Positions 46,669 through 56,202 of a DNA stretch of 64,000 nucleotides are shown in pieces (the first letter of the stretch is position 1; each line of letters starts with the position of its first letter). The translations under genes were made by a program, and so were the position numbers. Under the pieces are notes generated by a model. It ran no database searches, was not told the DNA's origin, and was given only the letters and a program-made list of their open reading frames with translations. Location of the stretch: positions 5,696,001-5,760,000 of the forward strand of contig CBDBDQ010000005.1 of assembly GCA_965203905.1 (NCBI GenBank). The letters run 5' to 3'. The DNA is from Spirochaetia bacterium. Its GTDB lineage: Bacteria > Spirochaetota > Spirochaetia > SZUA-6 > Bin103.

Positions 46669-48021
46669 CTACCTTCCCGCGAAGAACAGGATGTCGCTGA
46701 AGGTGGCGGCGATGGCGAGAAACAGCAGCAGCGGCAGCCCCAGCGTCTGAATGCGATACACGATTGCCGGTCGTAGCGGCCGGCCGCGCACCAATTCGGC
46801 GACGTACAGCGCGAGGTGGCCCCCGTCGAGCGCCGGCAGCGGCAGCAGGTTCATCACGAACAGGACGGTGCTGATCAGGCACAGCAGGCGGAAGAACTGT
46901 ACCAGGCCGACACCGATGCCGCGCTCGAAGCCGTCGGATGCGGCCCGGCCCACGACGTAGGTGATGCGCAGCGGCCCCGCCACGGCGGTCTGCGGGTTGC
47001 CGCGGAACAGCAGCCGAAAGCCGCCGATGGCCGCGCCGATGGTGCGCATCGTGTCGTCCGCGCCACGCACCAGCGACTCGCCCGGCGACATCCGCGGGGA
47101 ACGCGATGCGGGGACCTGAAAGCTGAAGCCCGGGTCGAGTGGGTTGCCGGAGAGCGGCAGCGTGACTTCGGCCTGCGACCCGGTGCGCTCCACGGTGAAC
47201 ACCGCCTGCGGCCGGTTGCTCCGGAGCTGCTGCACCACGTCGATGGAGTGGCGCACCGTGACGCCGTCCACCGCCACTACACGGTCGCCGGAGCGCAAGC
47301 CCGCGGCGGCGGCCGCACTACCCGCGCGCACCGCGAGCAGGGGTTCGATCCACGGGTACACCCAGATACGGCCGGCCAGCGTTTCGGGATCCAGCTCCGG
47401 AACGATGGGAATCGCGAGCAGCGTGCCGGCGCGCTCCACGGTGAGGTGCAGCGTGCGTTCCGGTGCCGCCGCAACGCGCACCCGCAACTCCTGGAAGTTG
47501 GCGATCTCGCGGCCGTCGATGCGCACGATGCGGTCGCCCGTGTGCAGCCCCGCAACGGTAGCCGGCGGGGACTCGGACACCGCGTCGATGTGGTAATCCG
47601 AGGCCAGGACGATGCGGTTGCCGGGGCTGTCGATGCGAAACCCGATCCACCAGATCAGGCTCAGCACCAGGATGGCGAAGATGAGGTTGGCCAGCGGCCC
47701 GGCAACGATGATGGCGATGCGGCGCCAGGCGCTGGCGGCGAAGAACGACCCCGGCTCCTGGAGCACATCATCGCTCCCCAGGCGCATCGCCTCACGCAGC
47801 CCCTCGTCGCCCTTCATCTTGCAGTACCCCCCCAGGGGGAACCAGGAAATCTGGTAGGTGGTGCCGCGCCAGCGACAGCCGATCATCTGCCCGCCCCAGC
47901 CGAGGGAGAAAACCTCTACCTGGACGCCGTTGGCCTTGGCCGCCAGGAAATGGCCGAGCTCATGGACGAACACCATGATGCCGAGGCCGAGGATGCCGAA
48001 CAGGATGGTGATGACCAGCAT
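46669..48021 (-). CDS. rseP: RIP metalloprotease RseP
   Basis: HELGH, AGP.ANL, two PDZ domains, NLLPLPALDGG. Confidence 0.95.
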   Translation of the reverse strand: MLVITILFGILGLGIMVFVHELGHFLAAKANGVQVEVFSLGWGGQMIGCRWRGTTYQISWFPLGGYCKMKGDEGLREAMRLGSDDVLQEPGSFFAASAWRRIAIIVAGPLANLIFAILVLSLIWWIGFRIDSPGNRIVLASDYHIDAVSESPPATVAGLHTGDRIVRIDGREIANFQELRVRVAAAPERTLHLTVERAGTLLAIPIVPELDPETLAGRIWVYPWIEPLLAVRAGSAAAAAGLRSGDRVVAVDGVTVRHSIDVVQQLRSNRPQAVFTVERTGSQAEVTLPLSGNPLDPGFSFQVPASRSPRMSPGESLVRGADDTMRTIGAAIGGFRLLFRGNPQTAVAGPLRITYVVGRAASDGFERGIGVGLVQFFRLLCLISTVLFVMNLLPLPALDGGHLALYVAELVRGRPLRPAIVYRIQTLGLPLLLFLAIAATFSDILFFAGR

Positions 48022-48023
48022 GT

Positions 48024-48920
48024 TCAAGCGCCGGGTGTCCCGTGCACCGTCTGCATCCAGAGGAAGAACACCGGGGCACACAGCAGCGTCGAGTCGATCG
48101 AGTCCAGCAACCCGCCGCGGCCCGGAATGAGGACGCCGGAGTCCTTGACCTGCGCGGCGCGCTTCATGGCCGACTCCACGAGATCGCCGAGCGCTGCGCA
48201 GACACCGATTGCCACCCCTCCCATAGCTGCTTCAAAGGTACCGAAGCGCGGTGCCCCGGGAAACAGCGCGCGGGCGACGAGCAAGGCCCCCACCGACGCC
48301 GCTATGCCCGCGACGTATCCTACCACGGTCTTGGCAGGGCTGGCGGGCAGGCCGATGGCGGTGCGCCCGCGCGCCAGCTTGCCGGCCACGTACGCTATGG
48401 TGTCATTGCCGAACACGGCGACGAAGAAGGTCAGCAGCATCCAGCGCGGCTCACCGATGCCGGCGAGGCGCACGATGTAGCCGATCAGCAGCCCGGGATA
48501 GCAGGAGGCGAACAGGGTGGCGGCGGCGTATTGCAGCGTGCGTGCGGTCTGCGTGCGCCCGTCCGGTTGCGGCAGTTGCGCCGTCGTCAGCACCGACACC
48601 GACAACACCGCCGCCACCACGACGGTCACTGCGGCGCCGGCCGTACGGGCGCCGAGCAGGTCCCAGTTTTCGAGGTACGCGGTGGCGGGAAAGAGGGCGG
48701 CACAGAAGCCGGCGAGGCGCCAGTCTCCAGCGATCTGCCGGCGTTTGAACAAGCCGGCCACTTCCTGCGACCCCAACACCGCAGCGAGCGTGCAGCACAG
48801 AGTAAACGGCAGATGCCGGTAGACCGGCAGAACGAAGATCAGCAGGAAGAAGAAAGGGATCGCCGCCAACAACAGGAGCACGCGCACCCAGAAACGATCG
48901 GCAGCCAGCGTCTTCTGCAC
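48024..48920 (-). CDS. cdsA: Phosphatidate cytidylyltransferase
   Basis: SPAKT..G, GDLVESAMKR...VKDSG.LIPGRGGLLD..DS. Confidence 0.93.
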   Translation of the reverse strand: MQKTLAADRFWVRVLLLLAAIPFFFLLIFVLPVYRHLPFTLCCTLAAVLGSQEVAGLFKRRQIAGDWRLAGFCAALFPATAYLENWDLLGARTAGAAVTVVVAAVLSVSVLTTAQLPQPDGRTQTARTLQYAAATLFASCYPGLLIGYIVRLAGIGEPRWMLLTFFVAVFGNDTIAYVAGKLARGRTAIGLPASPAKTVVGYVAGIAASVGALLVARALFPGAPRFGTFEAAMGGVAIGVCAALGDLVESAMKRAAQVKDSGVLIPGRGGLLDSIDSTLLCAPVFFLWMQTVHGTPGA

Positions 48921-49026
48921 GCCTCAAGGTCCTCCGGTTCGTCTGCGGCTCCGGGTTACCGGTCCGCGTCTAGCGCCCCGTGACCGTCGCCTGTACGGCG
49001 ACGCTCCCGGCCCAGCCTCGCCGTTC

Positions 49027-49578
49027 CTAGATCTCCATTATCTCCTTTTCTTTGGCGGTGAGCAGCTCGTTGATCTCGGCGATGCGCTCATCGGTCAGAG
49101 TCTGCACCTGGTCCGATTCGCGCTTGGCCGCGTCCTCGCTGAGACCTTCCTTCTTCTGTTGCTTGATATTCTCGTTGAGATCGCGGCGGATGTTGCGCAC
49201 CGCTACCCGGGCCTGCTCGGCGGCGTTCCGCGCCTGCCGTACGATCTCCTTGCGCCGTTCCTCGGTCAATGGGGGAATGCTGATGCGGATCACTTTGCCG
49301 TCGTTGCTTGGGTTGAGGGACAGGTCGGACTTCTGAATCGCGCGTTCGATCCCGCTCAGGGTGGATCGGTCCCACGGTTGGATGATCACCAGCCGTGCCT
49401 CGGGAATCGAAATCGTGGCGGTCTGGTTCAATGGCATCTGCTGGCCGTACGCCTCGACCCGGATCTTGTCGAACATGGCGGCGCTGGCGCGTCCGGTCCG
49501 AATCGTCTTGAACTCACCCACCAGCGCGTCGATCGACTTCTGCATTCGCTGTTTCGCCTCAACGGCGGAATCGGCCAT
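49027..49578 (-). CDS. frr: Ribosome recycling factor
   Basis: IRTGRAS, IQPWD, PPLTEERRKE, RNIRRD. Confidence 0.97.
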   Translation of the reverse strand: MADSAVEAKQRMQKSIDALVGEFKTIRTGRASAAMFDKIRVEAYGQQMPLNQTATISIPEARLVIIQPWDRSTLSGIERAIQKSDLSLNPSNDGKVIRISIPPLTEERRKEIVRQARNAAEQARVAVRNIRRDLNENIKQQKKEGLSEDAAKRESDQVQTLTDERIAEINELLTAKEKEIMEI

Positions 49579-49605
49579 GGTTCCCTCCTCGACGCCTCGT
49601 TCGGT

Positions 49606-50454
49606 CTAACCGGCCGTGGCGCCTTCGCCCACCTTGTAGTAGACGTAGTCGACCACCGACACCTCCGTGCCGAGCTCCTTGCCGAGTTCGGCCATTACCT
49701 GCTTCACGCTCAGCTTCTGTTCCTTCACGAACGGCTGCTCGAGCAGGCAGATCTCCTGCAGGTGCTTGCGCAGCTTGCCCTTGACGATTCCGTCCACGAC
49801 CTTGGGCGGCTTGTCCAGGGACTCCGCCTGCTTGCGAAAGATCGCTTCCTGCTCCGCCAGGTACTCCTCGGCGACCCGATCGGTCGCCAGGAACGGCGGC
49901 GCGAACGCAGCCACGTGGAGTGCCAGATCGAACGCCACCTGGCCCATGCGCTCCTCCTGCGCCTTGGCGGCGTCGGCGGCGTGCAACTTGACCAGGACCC
50001 CGATATTGCCTTCGCCGTGGAGGTAGTGGGCCACGCGATCTCCGTCGGTCAGGGCCACGCTGCGGAACCTGCGCAGAGCGATGTTCTCCTTGATCCTGCT
50101 GACGGCCTCGGTGATCAATTGCTGCATGTGCTCGGTAGGCGCTTCCAGGTGCTCTCGCGCGACCTCGGCGACCAGCCGTTCGCCCAGCTCCACGAATTGG
50201 GCGTTGCGGGCGACGAAGTCGGTCTCACTGGAGAGCTCCAGAATGGCAGCCGAGCCATTTACCGTGGAGAATACCCGTCCTTCGGTGGTTGCTCGCCCGC
50301 TGCGCTTGGCGGCAGCGGACAGTCCCATCTCCCTGAGCCGGCGTTCGGCGGCGGCGAGGTCGCCGCCGGCGTCCACCAACGCCCGCTTGCAGTCCATCAT
50401 CCCAGCCCCGGTCTGCTCCCGGAGTCGCTTTACATCTTGAGCGGAGATTGCCAA
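49606..50454 (-). CDS. tsf: Elongation factor Ts
   Basis: VKRLREQTGAGMMDCKRAL, ETDFVARN; TTG start after GGAG (ATG 50469 is the alternative). Confidence 0.96.
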   Translation of the reverse strand: MAISAQDVKRLREQTGAGMMDCKRALVDAGGDLAAAERRLREMGLSAAAKRSGRATTEGRVFSTVNGSAAILELSSETDFVARNAQFVELGERLVAEVAREHLEAPTEHMQQLITEAVSRIKENIALRRFRSVALTDGDRVAHYLHGEGNIGVLVKLHAADAAKAQEERMGQVAFDLALHVAAFAPPFLATDRVAEEYLAEQEAIFRKQAESLDKPPKVVDGIVKGKLRKHLQEICLLEQPFVKEQKLSVKQVMAELGKELGTEVSVVDYVYYKVGEGATAG

Positions 50455-50520
50455 TTGTTGCTCCTGCATCGATTACCGGCGCGCAGCGCGGTCAGCGCCG
50501 CTGGCGCCGCCGGTCACTGG

Positions 50521-51516
50521 TCAACGCGCTTCGTAGAGGGTGTCTTCGTCGATACCCGCTTTTTCGGTGACCGTTTCCGGCTCCAGTTGCTGCTGATCCT
50601 TGTCGGCTTCTTCACCCGGGTCGTAGTTGGAATAGTCCTGGTCGGTGAAACTGTCCTGGGCGTCCTCGCTAGTCACCGCCGCCCCTGCCATTTCACCGAG
50701 CGAGACGGTCTCGATCTCCATCGCCGACTCGACGTCGTAGTCTTCGCCGTACTCGTCCTTGTCGATGATCTGGTCGAAGTCGTACTCCTCGCTGCGATCT
50801 TCGTCCTGCAGCGTCTCGATGACCTCCAGGCCCACCTCGTTCTCCGCTTCGACCACCGCGTTGGCGACGATCTGGGTAAACAGGTTGATCGCCCGGATGG
50901 CGTCGTCGTTGCCCGGAATGGGCAGGTCGATGACGTCCGGATTGCAGTTGGTGTCGACGATTGCCACCACCGGGATCTTCATCTTGTTGGCCTCGGCAAT
51001 GGCGATGGCTTCCTTGCGGGTGTCGACTACGAACATGACCCCCGGCAGATCCTTCATCTCCTTGATACCGCCGAGATTGCGCTCCAGCCGCGCCTGCTCC
51101 TTCTGCATCCGGGAAATCTCTTTCTTGGTCATGTTGGCGAAGGTGCCGTCCACTTCCATCTTCTCGATCTTCTTCAGCTTGAGCAGGGACCGCTTCATGG
51201 TGGCGAAGTTGGTGAGCATCCCACCGAGCCAGCGGGTGTTGACGTAGTACATGTTGCAGCGCCGGGCTTCACGCTCGATCGACTGCTGTGCCTGCTTCTT
51301 GGTGCCGACGAACAGGACGTGCTTGCCGGCGAGGACGTTCTGGCGTACCGCCTCGTAGGCTTCCTTGATGGCGGTGATGGTCTTCTGCAGGTCGATGATG
51401 TGGATTCCATTGCGCTCGGCGAAGATGTAGCGCGCCATGCGCGGATCCCAGCGCTTGGTCTGGTGCCCGAAGTGGACTCCGGACTCCAGCAGGTTCTTCA
51501 TGGTGACGACGGCCAA
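50521..51516 (-). CDS. rpsB: 30S ribosomal protein S2 with acidic C-terminal extension
   Basis: [29 protein letters not shown]. Confidence 0.97.
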   Translation of the reverse strand: MAVVTMKNLLESGVHFGHQTKRWDPRMARYIFAERNGIHIIDLQKTITAIKEAYEAVRQNVLAGKHVLFVGTKKQAQQSIEREARRCNMYYVNTRWLGGMLTNFATMKRSLLKLKKIEKMEVDGTFANMTKKEISRMQKEQARLERNLGGIKEMKDLPGVMFVVDTRKEAIAIAEANKMKIPVVAIVDTNCNPDVIDLPIPGNDDAIRAINLFTQIVANAVVEAENEVGLEVIETLQDEDRSEEYDFDQIIDKDEYGEDYDVESAMEIETVSLGEMAGAAVTSEDAQDSFTDQDYSNYDPGEEADKDQQQLEPETVTEKAGIDEDTLYEAR

Positions 51517-52131
51517 CTAGTCCTCCCTTGCATCGTGATGGCTGCGAAATGGATAGCCATGCCGGGCCAACATACGATATATCGTTTCCAGCGGCAAGCC
51601 TACGACATTGCTGTAGGAACCGCGCAGCTCCGTGACCAGCATCCCGGCCCGGCCCTGAATGCGATAGCCGCCGGCCGCGTCGCGCCATTCCGCCGTGTCC
51701 AGGTACCACTCCAGCTCCCGTTCGGTGAGCGCGGCGAAGGCGACCGCGGTGCGCGCCAGCGCCGTTTCCAGGACTCCCTCGGGAGTTCTCAACGCCACGC
51801 CGGTGAGCACTTCGTGTGCGGTGCCCGAGAGGCGCCCGAGGATGCGGCGCGCGGCCGCCCGGTCGCGTGGTTTCCCCACCAGCTCGCGGCCAGCCAGGAT
51901 GGCGGTATCCGCCGCCAGGATCCAGCGCCGCCGGCCCACGCGGCCGGCCACGGCGCCGGCCTTGTGGCGAGCCAGGCGCACGACCGCCGCGGCAGGCGGC
52001 TCGCCGGCGCCAAGTGTCTCGTCGATCCGCGACGGCACCACCTGCAGCGGCAGGGCGACCGACTCCAACAGTCGCCGCCGTTGCGGCGAGGCGGACGCCA
52101 GCACGATGGTCGCATCCGCGGCGGCAGGCAT
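51517..52131 (-). CDS. maf: Maf family nucleoside triphosphate pyrophosphatase
   Basis: LASASPQRRRLL, AADT, GKP, AGGYRIQG, NVVGLP. Confidence 0.93.
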   Translation of the reverse strand: MPAAADATIVLASASPQRRRLLESVALPLQVVPSRIDETLGAGEPPAAAVVRLARHKAGAVAGRVGRRRWILAADTAILAGRELVGKPRDRAAARRILGRLSGTAHEVLTGVALRTPEGVLETALARTAVAFAALTERELEWYLDTAEWRDAAGGYRIQGRAGMLVTELRGSYSNVVGLPLETIYRMLARHGYPFRSHHDARED

Positions 52132-52140
52132 GGGCGCGCG

Positions 52141-53040
52141 TCAGCGGTGGAGGTGGTAGCGGCCGGCGGGAGCGGCGGCGCGCAGCGCGCCGAGTTCGGT
52201 CGCGTCAAGTGGGGGCGTGGCGACGCTGGCCACGTTCTGCTCCAGCTGGGCCAGCGTGCTGGCGCCCGGGATCACGGTTGCCACGGCCGGCGCACTGAGG
52301 GCGAAGCGCAGCGCCGTCTGCGCCGGCGCGCGGCAGGCGGCGGCGCTGGCCTGCTCCAGGATCGCCTGCAGCTCCAAGACCCGCTCCTCGCCGTGGTCCG
52401 GAACGGCGCGCGCCGGCCGCCCGGCCAACAGCCCCTTGGCCACGGGGCCACGGGCGATCACGGCGATGCCGCGCGCCCGCAGCAACTCCAGCGCCTCCTC
52501 CTCCGGGCGCCGGTCCAGCAGGCTGTACTGCATCATCACGCTGGCGATGGCGGAGCCGGCGGCGTAGCGGCGGATCACGTTGGGACGAATCGAGGAAATG
52601 CCCCAGGCGCGGATCTTGCCCGCCTGCACCAGGGCGTCGAACGTCGCGATCAGTTCGTCGATGGGATCGTCGATGGTGCCGCCGTGGAGCTGGTAGAGGT
52701 CGATGTAGTCGCTGGCGAGGCGTTTCAGACTGGCCTCGACGGCACCGCGGACGTACGCCGGCGAGGGATCCCAGTCCCAGCCGCCGCCGTCGGGACGCCA
52801 CCGGTTGCCCACCTTGGTGGCGATGACCACGTCGCGGCGGCGGGCACCGAGCGCACGGGCCAGGAGCTCCTCGTTGGCGCCGCGATCGTAGAGGTCCGCG
52901 GTGTCGAAGAAGTTGACCCCCAGGTCCAGGGCGCGCCCGACGAGGCGCTCGGCAGCCGATCCGGCCCGGGCCAGCGACATGCAGCCCAGGCCCACCTCCG
53001 ACACCTGGAGGCCGCTGCGTCCCAGCCGGTTGTTGCGCAT
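52141..53040 (-). CDS. Aldo/keto reductase
   Basis: GLGCMS, FDTADLY, IATKVG, DYIDLYQLHG, IPGAS. Confidence 0.93.
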   Translation of the reverse strand: MRNNRLGRSGLQVSEVGLGCMSLARAGSAAERLVGRALDLGVNFFDTADLYDRGANEELLARALGARRRDVVIATKVGNRWRPDGGGWDWDPSPAYVRGAVEASLKRLASDYIDLYQLHGGTIDDPIDELIATFDALVQAGKIRAWGISSIRPNVIRRYAAGSAIASVMMQYSLLDRRPEEEALELLRARGIAVIARGPVAKGLLAGRPARAVPDHGEERVLELQAILEQASAAACRAPAQTALRFALSAPAVATVIPGASTLAQLEQNVASVATPPLDATELGALRAAAPAGRYHLHR

Positions 53041-53044
53041 GGGT

Positions 53045-53104
53045 CATCCTACCACGTGAGCGGGGCGTGGTGGCCGCGCGTCGGCCCATCGGCGTGGTAG
53101 GATG
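53045..53104. promoter_or_regulatory. Back-to-back putative leaderless promoters forming a perfect 12-bp inverted repeat
   Basis: CATCCTACCACG (53045-53056) and CGTGGTAGGATG (53093-53104); each is TG-G-TAGGAT, 5-6 nt before an ATG. Confidence 0.6.
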
Positions 53105-53109
53105 TTCCC

Positions 53110-54876
53110 ATGTCGGCACCCGGCGCCGCGCCAGACGACCTGCCCGGATACCCTGAGATTCCCTACGGGCGAGCCAACTTCCGCCGCCTCCGCCTCGACC
53201 GCTGCTTCTACGTGGACAAGACGCGCTTCATCCGCCCGCTGGAGCATGAGCGGTTCGCGTTCTTCATCCGGCCGCGGCGTTTCGGCAAGACGCTTTGGCT
53301 GACGATGCTGGATGCCTACTACGACCGCGCCCAGGCCAAGGACTACGAAGCGGTGTTCGCCGGCACCGACATCGGCGCCCGGCCGACCGGCAACCAGAGC
53401 CGCTACGTGGTGCTGTACTTCGACTTCTCGGCGTTCAACCACGCGCCGCCGGCGTTGCTGGAGAACTTCGAGCGGCACTGCGCGCTGCACGTCCGCGACG
53501 CCCTGCGGCGCAGCCCCGACCTGTTCGACGAGGTGGCGACGCGTGACATCCTCGCGCCGCCGTCCATCAACGAAAAGCTCGAAATGCTGTTTCTGCACGC
53601 ACGCGACCACGACATACCGCTCTACGTGCTGATCGACGAGTACGACAACTTCGCCAATACCGTACTTGCCTACCAGGGTGCCGAGGCGTACCACGAGTTT
53701 ACGCACGGCGCCGGTTTCTTCCGCAACTTCTTCGCCACGCTCAAGGCGGGCACCGCGCAAACCGGCAGCGTCGACAGGCTGTTCGTCACCGGCGTGTCGC
53801 CGATCACGATGGACGACGTGACCAGCGGCTTCAACATAGGCACCAACCTCAGCTTGCGCGCCGAATTCAACGAGATGCTCGGCTTCACCGAGGAGGAGGT
53901 GCGCAGCCTGCTGGAGACCTACCGGAGGCTGGGCGTTTTCGACCAGGAACCCGACGCCGTGCTGGACACGATGCGCGAGTGGTACGACGGTTACCGCTTC
54001 GCCAAGGGCGCCGACAGTCCCATCTACAACACTGACATGGTGCTCTACTACCTGCAGCACTCGGTGCCCAACAGGTCCGGACCCGACAACCTGATCGACG
54101 CCAACGTGCGCATCGACTACGGCAAGCTGCGTCACCTGCTGGTCACGGGACGGCGGTTGAACGGCAACTTCGACCTGCTGCGCGAGGTGATCGCCGAAGG
54201 GCGGGCGGACAGCGAGATCGTCGACAGCTTCCCGCTGGCGCTGCTCGGCGAGCGCCAGAATTTCCTTTCGATGATGCATTACTTCGGCCTGCTGAGCATT
54301 CGCGGCATGGCGGCCGGCGTGCCGCGGCTGGCCATCCCCAACCAGACCGTGCGGCGCCTGATGTACGGCTTCCTGCGCGACGCCTACCAGGACGTCGGTG
54401 TGTTTTCGGTGGACCTGGTGGCGTTCGACCGGCTGACGCGGCGCATGGCGCTGAGCGGCGACTGGCGGCCGGCGTTCGAGCGCCTGGCAGCCGCGGTGGC
54501 GGAACAGACCGGCATCCGCGACTACCTGCGGGGCGAGAAAGTGGTGCAGGGGTTTCTGGCGGCGTATCTGAGCGCGTCCGGCTACTTCGTGCTGCACACG
54601 GAACTGGAGTTGGCAAAGGGCTACGCCGACCTGGTGCTGGAGCCGCGCCCGGCGCGCTACCCGGGCATGCGGCACGGCTTCGTCATTGAGTTGAAATACG
54701 TGCGCCGCGACGCGGAGCCGCAGGTGGCGGCGCAGGCGCAGGCGGCGGTGGGGCAGCTTCGCGGGTACCTGGCGGACGGCCGGCTGGCACGCCGTTTCCC
54801 GGATGCGGAGTTCACGGGTTTGGCGCTGGTGTTCCGCGGCTGGGAACTCGCGCACGCCGAACAGCTTGCGCCTTGA
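53110..54876 (+). CDS. AAA-ATPase-like protein with C-terminal PD-(D/E)XK nuclease (PDDEXK_9 type)
   Basis: YVDKT, RPRRFGKTL, LIDEYD, TGVSP, WYDGY, GYADLVL...IELKY. Confidence 0.92.
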   Translation: MSAPGAAPDDLPGYPEIPYGRANFRRLRLDRCFYVDKTRFIRPLEHERFAFFIRPRRFGKTLWLTMLDAYYDRAQAKDYEAVFAGTDIGARPTGNQSRYVVLYFDFSAFNHAPPALLENFERHCALHVRDALRRSPDLFDEVATRDILAPPSINEKLEMLFLHARDHDIPLYVLIDEYDNFANTVLAYQGAEAYHEFTHGAGFFRNFFATLKAGTAQTGSVDRLFVTGVSPITMDDVTSGFNIGTNLSLRAEFNEMLGFTEEEVRSLLETYRRLGVFDQEPDAVLDTMREWYDGYRFAKGADSPIYNTDMVLYYLQHSVPNRSGPDNLIDANVRIDYGKLRHLLVTGRRLNGNFDLLREVIAEGRADSEIVDSFPLALLGERQNFLSMMHYFGLLSIRGMAAGVPRLAIPNQTVRRLMYGFLRDAYQDVGVFSVDLVAFDRLTRRMALSGDWRPAFERLAAAVAEQTGIRDYLRGEKVVQGFLAAYLSASGYFVLHTELELAKGYADLVLEPRPARYPGMRHGFVIELKYVRRDAEPQVAAQAQAAVGQLRGYLADGRLARRFPDAEFTGLALVFRGWELAHAEQLAP

Positions 54877-54968
54877 AACACCCACGCCGCCGCACCACAC
54901 CGGGATGCCCGCGCGCAAACTCTCTGCGGGACGGATTCTCGCCGGTGGCGAACCATGCCCGACCGGTC

Positions 54969-56192
54969 TCAGACGATCCGGCGTAACGATTCGACGACTT
55001 CATCCGGACGGCCGACATCGACCGCCGCGACGTCGAGCTGGCGGCCGCTGCCGCGGAGCGTCCACTTGCGGACGATCCCGGCCGGTCTGTCCATCCCCCT
55101 ATGCCAGGGATACACCAGAATGACGCGTTCGGCTCGATATGCGTCGCCGTAGACCGCCATCTGGTAAATGTCGGATGAATCGATACCCAGCTTCTGTTTG
55201 TCGAAAATGAGCCGCTTCCACTTCGTATCGAGAATGACGCAGCCGTCCGGTGTTTCGACCACGATGTCGGGGCGGAGGACAAACAGCGGACCATCGGCAC
55301 TGTCGACAGCGCAATGCCTCTGGTCCTGGAGACGGCTTTGCCGGGGAGCGACGGCACGCTTCGTGCTCCGGCCGATGAACTCCTCGAAGAGCTCGTTCAT
55401 CGGAAACAGCAACGCGACGCCTGGCGCCCCTCCGGTTGCCGTGCTTTGCCAGTCCTCGGCGAGAAACTGGCAGGCGAGACGATAGAGCTCGTGAAAGGCG
55501 ACGTTGCTGCGATCCAGGCGAACCGGTTCACGCAGCGGAGCCGTCGTATTGCCTGCGAACTCCAGCCGGGCGGCGAGCTCGGCCAGCCGCCGGGCGCTGT
55601 CGGCGGACCGGGTGACACCTGCGACCTTCGACACCGCCGCCTTCAGAACGCGGTTCAACGGCGTGTCCTCGGAACGTTCATCGAAGCGACAGGCGTAACG
55701 ATCGGGACGGCCCACGAAACGGTTCAGTTGACGCGGCACGTTCAGCCGACCGCGCAGCAGGCTCAGGTCCTCCTCATGTTCGAGATAGCGACGCGGCAGC
55801 CCTCGCCGGACGACGGCAAGCAGACGGGCGGTGAACAGCCGGATGAAGATCTCGAGGAGATCGTAACGTTGGGTCTCCATCGTCGAGAGTTCGCCATCGA
55901 CTACACGCTGGCCCCACGCAACTGCGAGCATGCGCACGAGCGCCGCCCGCACCGTACCATGCTCGTCGTCGATCTTGGGCAGGATTTCGAGGGTTGGACC
56001 GGAGGGCACTGCCAGAACGCCCACGATTTGGCACGCTCTGATGCCGCCATCGGTACGGGTCAGGACATCCCGCGGCGGCACGTAACGCCGGGCCGCGCGC
56101 CTGGCAAGCGCGAGCAGGCGCTCCGCATCGTGCTCGGCAAGGCCGTCACCGCCGATCGGCAGATGCTCCCATTCCCGACACGTCAGGGTCAC
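54969..56192 (-). CDS. mcrC: McrC family restriction endonuclease subunit
   Basis: EILPKI, F.MNELFEEFI, LRPDIVV...ILDTKWK, DIYQM..Y. Confidence 0.9.
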   Translation of the reverse strand: MTLTCREWEHLPIGGDGLAEHDAERLLALARRAARRYVPPRDVLTRTDGGIRACQIVGVLAVPSGPTLEILPKIDDEHGTVRAALVRMLAVAWGQRVVDGELSTMETQRYDLLEIFIRLFTARLLAVVRRGLPRRYLEHEEDLSLLRGRLNVPRQLNRFVGRPDRYACRFDERSEDTPLNRVLKAAVSKVAGVTRSADSARRLAELAARLEFAGNTTAPLREPVRLDRSNVAFHELYRLACQFLAEDWQSTATGGAPGVALLFPMNELFEEFIGRSTKRAVAPRQSRLQDQRHCAVDSADGPLFVLRPDIVVETPDGCVILDTKWKRLIFDKQKLGIDSSDIYQMAVYGDAYRAERVILVYPWHRGMDRPAGIVRKWTLRGSGRQLDVAAVDVGRPDEVVESLRRIV

Positions 56193-56202
56193 GGTATCAG
56201 CG

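Noticed and set aside
48921-49026. RERR-like peptide that could be a uppS C-terminal remnant
   Set aside because: Too short to support homology, and explained by a GC hairpin.
49159-53100. 1313-aa plus-strand ORF and many other long antisense ORFs (e.g. 6880..8517, 58080..60542, 53044..54918)
   Set aside because: They are shadow frames opposite well-supported genes, expected in high-GC DNA.
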